64,000 nt of DNA from an uncultured bacterium (GTDB taxonomy: Bacteria > Verrucomicrobiota > Verrucomicrobiia > Limisphaerales > UBA8199), in the NCBI GenBank assembly GCA_963749495.1, contig CAVVMW010000021.1, positions 768,001 through 832,000 on the forward strand, written 5' to 3'. Made by a program: the position numbers and the translations under genes. Shown piece by piece: positions 60,760-64,000 of the stretch (position 1 is the stretch's first letter; each line of letters starts with the position of its first letter). The notes below the pieces were generated by a model. It had not been told where the DNA came from and made no database searches. It saw only the letters and a program-made list of their open reading frames with translations.

Positions 60760-62568
60760 ATGAGTGACAAACAAACCCCTCTCGCAAAGTGCCCCTCCGA
60801 GTGGATTGAGGCACACGATTTCGAGGATCTTTCCTTTGAAAAGGCAACCTGGATCCCACTGGCGATGTCAAAGACTGATCTGGAAAAGGAACGCTTTGGT
60901 CGCGTCGGCCACAGACGGGCCTATCGGAGCTTTGAGGCAATAATCGTTCCACTTGACCTCCAGGAACAGTTCAAGAACATGGATTGGCAGTCAGTGATTC
61001 GACGTAATCCCGATGCGGCGTGGGAGGACGACGAGGGATTCCATCCGCCCGGGTCCTACGTGGGCAATCCTCGAGCTCTATATCCTGTCATTCAACGCTC
61101 GTTCGAGACGGGCGAGCCAACGCAGTGGGACCTCCTCCAAGAACTGGAGGTGGGACTCAGGCTTTTTCGTAAAGGGGACTTATGGATACGAGTGGAGGAA
61201 AACGATGTGGAGGTCGCGAGGCTCGAGCGTGACCCGGATGGCAAGCCTGTGGCCATGTTCTTTAGGGCGGAGCACTTGCGCGATTACCTCTGCGCGAAGA
61301 AAGCTGCCTTGCTGCTGACAGCGTTCAGTGTTCGGGACGCGGTGGAAGAGGCGTTTCCTGAACTCGAGTGGACAGCGAACCGCCAAGAGCGGCATTTCAA
61401 ACATGGGGAGTGGGAAGGCACGTGTGTGGCAATCCACGAAGGCGGGCATCCGTTTGGGGATACCGCCACTGTGTTGCATGTCTGGCGTGAGAGCGTGAAT
61501 CCAGAAGAGGACGTGCCGGAGATGCCGGCTCCTGGTGCCGACCCGGGCATGAAGAGCAAGTCCTCTACGATGTCCGCAGCCGGGCGAAAACTCGACCGAC
61601 TTTGCGGACGAATTTGGGTGAAACACTGGATTCTTCCAGCCCAGCAAAGCCCACGGATTCGGTTCAACCACGTCGAAGCCCGGGTTCCCTTTTTGGTGGA
61701 AAATCAACAGAGCAAGACGCTCAGCGGTGACGCATTGGCTGAATACCGGGGTTGGCTCTGGTTTCGGCCGGGCGCGATTCGTCACATTGCCAACCAAACG
61801 AAGGGCAGGCTCAAGTGGTTCACTGGCATGACGGGGGAAGTTGGCCCTGCGAGCAACGTGATGCTCCACTTCGGCCTCAACAAGCTTGGGTTGGTCAACG
61901 TCCTGGGCAGCGATATGGCCGATCTCCCGGAGTGGGCCCAGAAGCTCTGGGTGGCTTCCAATGTTCCGCCAGACGGCGGGCTGTCGGACGAGTTGCACAT
62001 GTCGCAGAATCTGGCACGGCCAGCCGACACGATCTCGCCCGAGGCGGCGTTGCTGCACAACCTCCAAACCCTTCACGACCGCGCGATCGCCAAATATGGT
62101 CAACCACTCCTGTCGAGACTACCCTCTGAAAAGGACTTCTTCAGACGAGTTCATCGTTTCTACTGCGATTCATTCGAAAACGTCTGCGAATTGTGCAAGG
62201 AGATCTGCCGCACCCTCGTGGAACCGATCGACCTTGGGTTGCTCAATGCCAAGATCAACCCTGCCAACGCGGCAAATACGAACCAAAACAAGCTCGGGTC
62301 AATCAAGCGCCTCGCCATGTGGCTCGATTCGGTTGGCTTGAACGGGCGAGACGTCACCAAGCCGCTTGCCGGCATTTACGATCTGCGCATAGCCGATGCT
62401 CACGCGAAGGAGGCGGATGTCCGCGCGTCGTTGGAACTCCTCGGGATCCCCCGCGATTCTCAGGAATACCAAACCATTTGCTTTACCGCTATCGGTTTGG
62501 CGGCGAATTGCGTCGCTCAGGTGGCCGACGTAATCGAACCAGGGCCACGGGCCTCCGACCCAACATGA
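60760..62568 (+). CDS. 602-aa hypothetical protein with C-terminal RxxxxH (HEPN-like) motif
   Basis: Long ORF; helical C-terminus with YDLRIADAH (RIADAH at 62386-62403). Confidence 0.75.
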   Translation: MSDKQTPLAKCPSEWIEAHDFEDLSFEKATWIPLAMSKTDLEKERFGRVGHRRAYRSFEAIIVPLDLQEQFKNMDWQSVIRRNPDAAWEDDEGFHPPGSYVGNPRALYPVIQRSFETGEPTQWDLLQELEVGLRLFRKGDLWIRVEENDVEVARLERDPDGKPVAMFFRAEHLRDYLCAKKAALLLTAFSVRDAVEEAFPELEWTANRQERHFKHGEWEGTCVAIHEGGHPFGDTATVLHVWRESVNPEEDVPEMPAPGADPGMKSKSSTMSAAGRKLDRLCGRIWVKHWILPAQQSPRIRFNHVEARVPFLVENQQSKTLSGDALAEYRGWLWFRPGAIRHIANQTKGRLKWFTGMTGEVGPASNVMLHFGLNKLGLVNVLGSDMADLPEWAQKLWVASNVPPDGGLSDELHMSQNLARPADTISPEAALLHNLQTLHDRAIAKYGQPLLSRLPSEKDFFRRVHRFYCDSFENVCELCKEICRTLVEPIDLGLLNAKINPANAANTNQNKLGSIKRLAMWLDSVGLNGRDVTKPLAGIYDLRIADAHAKEADVRASLELLGIPRDSQEYQTICFTAIGLAANCVAQVADVIEPGPRASDPT

Positions 62569-63380
62569 CTGATAACGAGAGTTCAGGTAGCGTTGACCAG
62601 CAAGAGACGGAGCTTAGACGGTGCGTCTGCCCGATATGGTCGCGCTCAGGAAAGGCACCCGAAGCAGTTGGTAGCTCGACTCTTCTGCAGATCGGACAAC
62701 AGGGCTTTGCGCTGACTGCGACGCACGTAATCAATTATTTCGACGGCCGCGGTATTCATATAGGGACCTCGAAAGGTTTCCGTCCTATTGTTGGGCAGGT
62801 GAGTGTGTCGGTCACCCCCGACACCACCGACACCGCATTCATCTCGTTGCATCCCGAAATCACCGCCTGGTTGGCCGAGGAATACGGTTTTCTGGTGATA
62901 GACCAGATTGATTTATGGGATTTGCCGACCCCAACAACCGGATACCAGTTCTTCGGCGTTCCCTACCGAAAGGTGCATCGCCCCAGGAACGAAAGGCGGT
63001 TCCACTTTCCGGTTTACTCGTATGCCGCGCCCCCTGTCCCACCCTCAACATACGAGAGCTTGGGTTTGTTACAGGTGTCCCATGTGGCTGTCGATTTCGT
63101 CGAGCGCCGCGTAAGAGACGGAACCGGGCGCATCATTACTGCCCCGAACCCTGAGGGCATGAGCGGCGGACCCGTTTTTAGCCTCCAACGACCGACCTCG
63201 ATTGGACCCGCGACGACAGGCCCCAACGAAAGACGCTTTGTCGCACTTGCAATCGAGCACCGCAAAGGCGTCTTGATCGGGATCAGAGTTGCCGTCGCCT
63301 TAGACGCGATCCGCCGTGCTTACCCGCATTTGGGCAACCTCATCCCTGCCTTGCCCCCCTGGCTGAAGATTCTCCACTAA
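62565..63380 (+). CDS. Trypsin-like serine protease
   Basis: Catalytic triad LTATHV, DTAFI and GMSGGPV; ATGA-coupled to the upstream gene; no signal peptide. Confidence 0.85.
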   Translation: MTDNESSGSVDQQETELRRCVCPIWSRSGKAPEAVGSSTLLQIGQQGFALTATHVINYFDGRGIHIGTSKGFRPIVGQVSVSVTPDTTDTAFISLHPEITAWLAEEYGFLVIDQIDLWDLPTPTTGYQFFGVPYRKVHRPRNERRFHFPVYSYAAPPVPPSTYESLGLLQVSHVAVDFVERRVRDGTGRIITAPNPEGMSGGPVFSLQRPTSIGPATTGPNERRFVALAIEHRKGVLIGIRVAVALDAIRRAYPHLGNLIPALPPWLKILH

Positions 63381-63890
63381 GTAGGCAACCGGTGGCACGC
63401 CGCTCCATCACTTCCGAGACGAAAGTCTTGCTGTGCCGTCCGCTGCGGTCCAGAAATCCACCGCGCGGGCAATACCGGCTTCCCCATGGCCACCGAAGGA
63501 ACAGAGGCAAACGGGGGCTCCATTTTCGGGTGGTGGTAACGATCTGGCGAGTCGAGGGCTCGGCCCGCTCGTCGAGTTGGAGGCGGATCCACCACCCGTT
63601 TTCGACCAACAAACCGCCAACAAACGCCTCCAGTGCCGCCACGGCGTGACCGGCGACAGCGAAGGACCAACTTGCCAGGGAGCGTCTCAAACCATTTCCG
63701 CGCCGGCCCGGGATGGCCCGACAACACGAAAGTCGTTTCGCCTTGCTTAGATATGCTCTGCAGGTGCGGTGGACCAAGATGCGCTCCGACCCAGGCAAAT
63801 CCCCTTCCTTCTCCACCGACGCTCCATAGGGCATCCGGGCCGGACCCCCATGAGGACTTTGCGTCGAGAATTCCGGCAAACTCAAAGCTC

Positions 63891-64000
63891 ATGAAAGATG
63901 AAATCACTCCTCGTCGAGAGAAAAGCTAGAAGACCAAACGCGAGATCGCCGCGCATTTCAAATGCAGTGTGCGCACCATCACGAGCCTCATGCGCCGGCG
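63891..64000 (+). pseudogene. Excisionase/AlpA-like HTH, partial, with an in-frame TAG
   Basis: MKDEITPRREKS*KTKREIAAHFKCSVRTITSLMRR; runs off the window end. Confidence 0.55.

Overview
GC-rich bacterial window whose gene style points to Verrucomicrobia subdivision 3 (Pedosphaerales/Limisphaerales-like; inference): prepilin/H-X9-DG proteins, large secreted proteins ending in an 'FYRL' tail, and RAYT/REP/MITE repeats. About 1-23 kb and 35-54 kb hold sugar uptake and catabolism genes (MFS sugar porter, DMT sugar transporter plus ribokinase under LacI-type operators, class II aldolase, GH38, GH106-like, 2-oxoacid dehydrogenase E1 subunits) and large secreted modular proteins. About 23-35 kb is accessory DNA: a pseudopilin triplet between RAYT remnants, a PARIS-like AAA ATPase/DUF4435 pair, and a tRNA-Gly-derived att scar around a nucleotidyltransferase-like gene pair. 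About 55-64 kb is a lower-GC defence-island-like block: hicBA, then a co-oriented run of unknown ORF, QatC-type QueC, XRE-ImmA/IrrE protease, PIN nuclease and a probable truncated long-B Argonaute N-terminus, followed by an RxxxxH (HEPN-like) protein coupled to a trypsin-like protease. That QueC-centred operon is the best candidate for an undescribed system. Many genes carry single-base frameshifts, probably assembly or read errors. All family assignments come from motif recognition by eye; no searches were run.
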